From the NCBI GenBank assembly GCA_964016885.1, contig OZ024743.1, positions 20,212,001 to 20,276,000 on the forward strand: DNA of 64,000 nt, written 5' to 3'. This DNA is from Eledone cirrhosa (lineage: Eukaryota). Of this stretch, positions 63,034 to 64,000 are shown piece after piece; within the stretch, counting starts at the first letter, position 1; each line of letters opens with the position of its first letter. The position numbers and the translations under genes were made by a program. The notes under the pieces were generated by a model. That model was given only the letters and a program-made list of their open reading frames with translations. It searched no databases and was not told the origin of the DNA.

Positions 63034-63770
63034 TATTATATTCCCCTTTAAAATATGTTGTTTTACAGTTTAACAGGTGAGAATCAGCTATACACATCAT
63101 TGTTGTTCAGAGCTTCCACAACATGCTGGAAGAAATTGTTCTCTGGTCTGAATAAGGTTTTGGACTTCAAAATAAGGTTTAAGGCTTCAATGCTGCTCAG
63201 TGGTAATCTGCACCTAACTTGAAGGGTAGTAACATGAAGAACAAGACAGAATTCTTTCTCAAAAAGTCTTGTTAAACACTTACCAGCTTGGAAAAATGGA
63301 TGTAAAATTGATGAGGATGATAATAGTGAAGAGAGGAAGGATATTTCTTTGCACCCCATTTCGTACTTTTAAAAATCTATCAGTTGATCAGAGCAAGCTT
63401 CAGAAGTGTCTTTGCTCTTATAAACTCGCATATCTGACGAGATGTCAAAAAAGAACCAGGCCCTGTCAAACATTTGTAATATACAAATACAGTTTGTACT
63501 TATGCTGCAACACTGACTTCGATCCGTCTTAATCTATCTACACTCTGTGCACTACAGCTGCCTTAACGTTAGAATACAATCCAAACAAGGAAGACCTCAT
63601 AACAGCATTGAGTACTTCGAATAATGTGTCTCCTGTAACTGTAGTTACACACCTAACTAACATATATGTATATATATATAAGCAGAAGGGATATTCAATT
63701 TGTTGGTAATTCAACAAATATAAATGTTTATAACGGATTTAGAGCACTCAACAAATTTACTGGAGTATAA

Positions 63771-63925
63771 TATACATTGATATTAAATAAATGGAAACTA
63801 TATTTATAAAACCATATTTATTCTATTATATATATTTCAAGGGTACCAACATTTTGGTACCCTTGAAATATATACAATAGAATAAATATGGTTTTATAAA
63901 TATAGTTTCCATTTATTTAATATCA

Positions 63926-63931
<6 letters not shown>
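63771..63931. repeat. Palindrome with about 78-bp arms abutting (TA)n
   Basis: Centre CAAGGGTACCAA CATT TTGGTACCCTTG. Confidence 0.9.

Positions 63932-64000
<69 letters not shown>

Overview
AT-rich, microsatellite-dense animal genomic DNA. The SINE and LINE repertoire suggests a cephalopod, probably octopus-like (inference). It is almost entirely repeats, most likely inside a large intron or intergenic region, and no intact host gene is visible apart from one candidate 93-nt exon on the minus strand. Retroelements: many decayed RTE-clade LINEs (one family carries a PHD-type C4HC3 finger between the RT palm and thumb), two R4/Dong-like fragments, two Penelope-like elements (PLEs) with RT, GIY-YIG and mini-hammerhead motifs, CORE-type and Meta-type tRNA SINEs, and a non-autonomous LTR element. 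DNA transposons: a Chapaev3-type transposase pseudogene, a deleted mariner, and hAT and Tc1 MITEs. The most unusual zone is 20.0-27.9 kb. It holds (i) a 259-bp tandem/inverted array in which every unit carries a complete 71-nt tRNA cloverleaf with a non-canonical anticodon loop and a T-run terminator, (ii) an LTR element inserted just upstream of one cloverleaf, containing two opposed tRNA-Trp primer sites and a second unrelated LTR, (iii) a 498-bp retrozyme-like repeat with type I hammerheads, and (iv) a GC-rich PLE. Several long palindromes embedded in (TA)n look like inverted PLE pseudo-LTR remnants. All calls were made by eye, without database searches.
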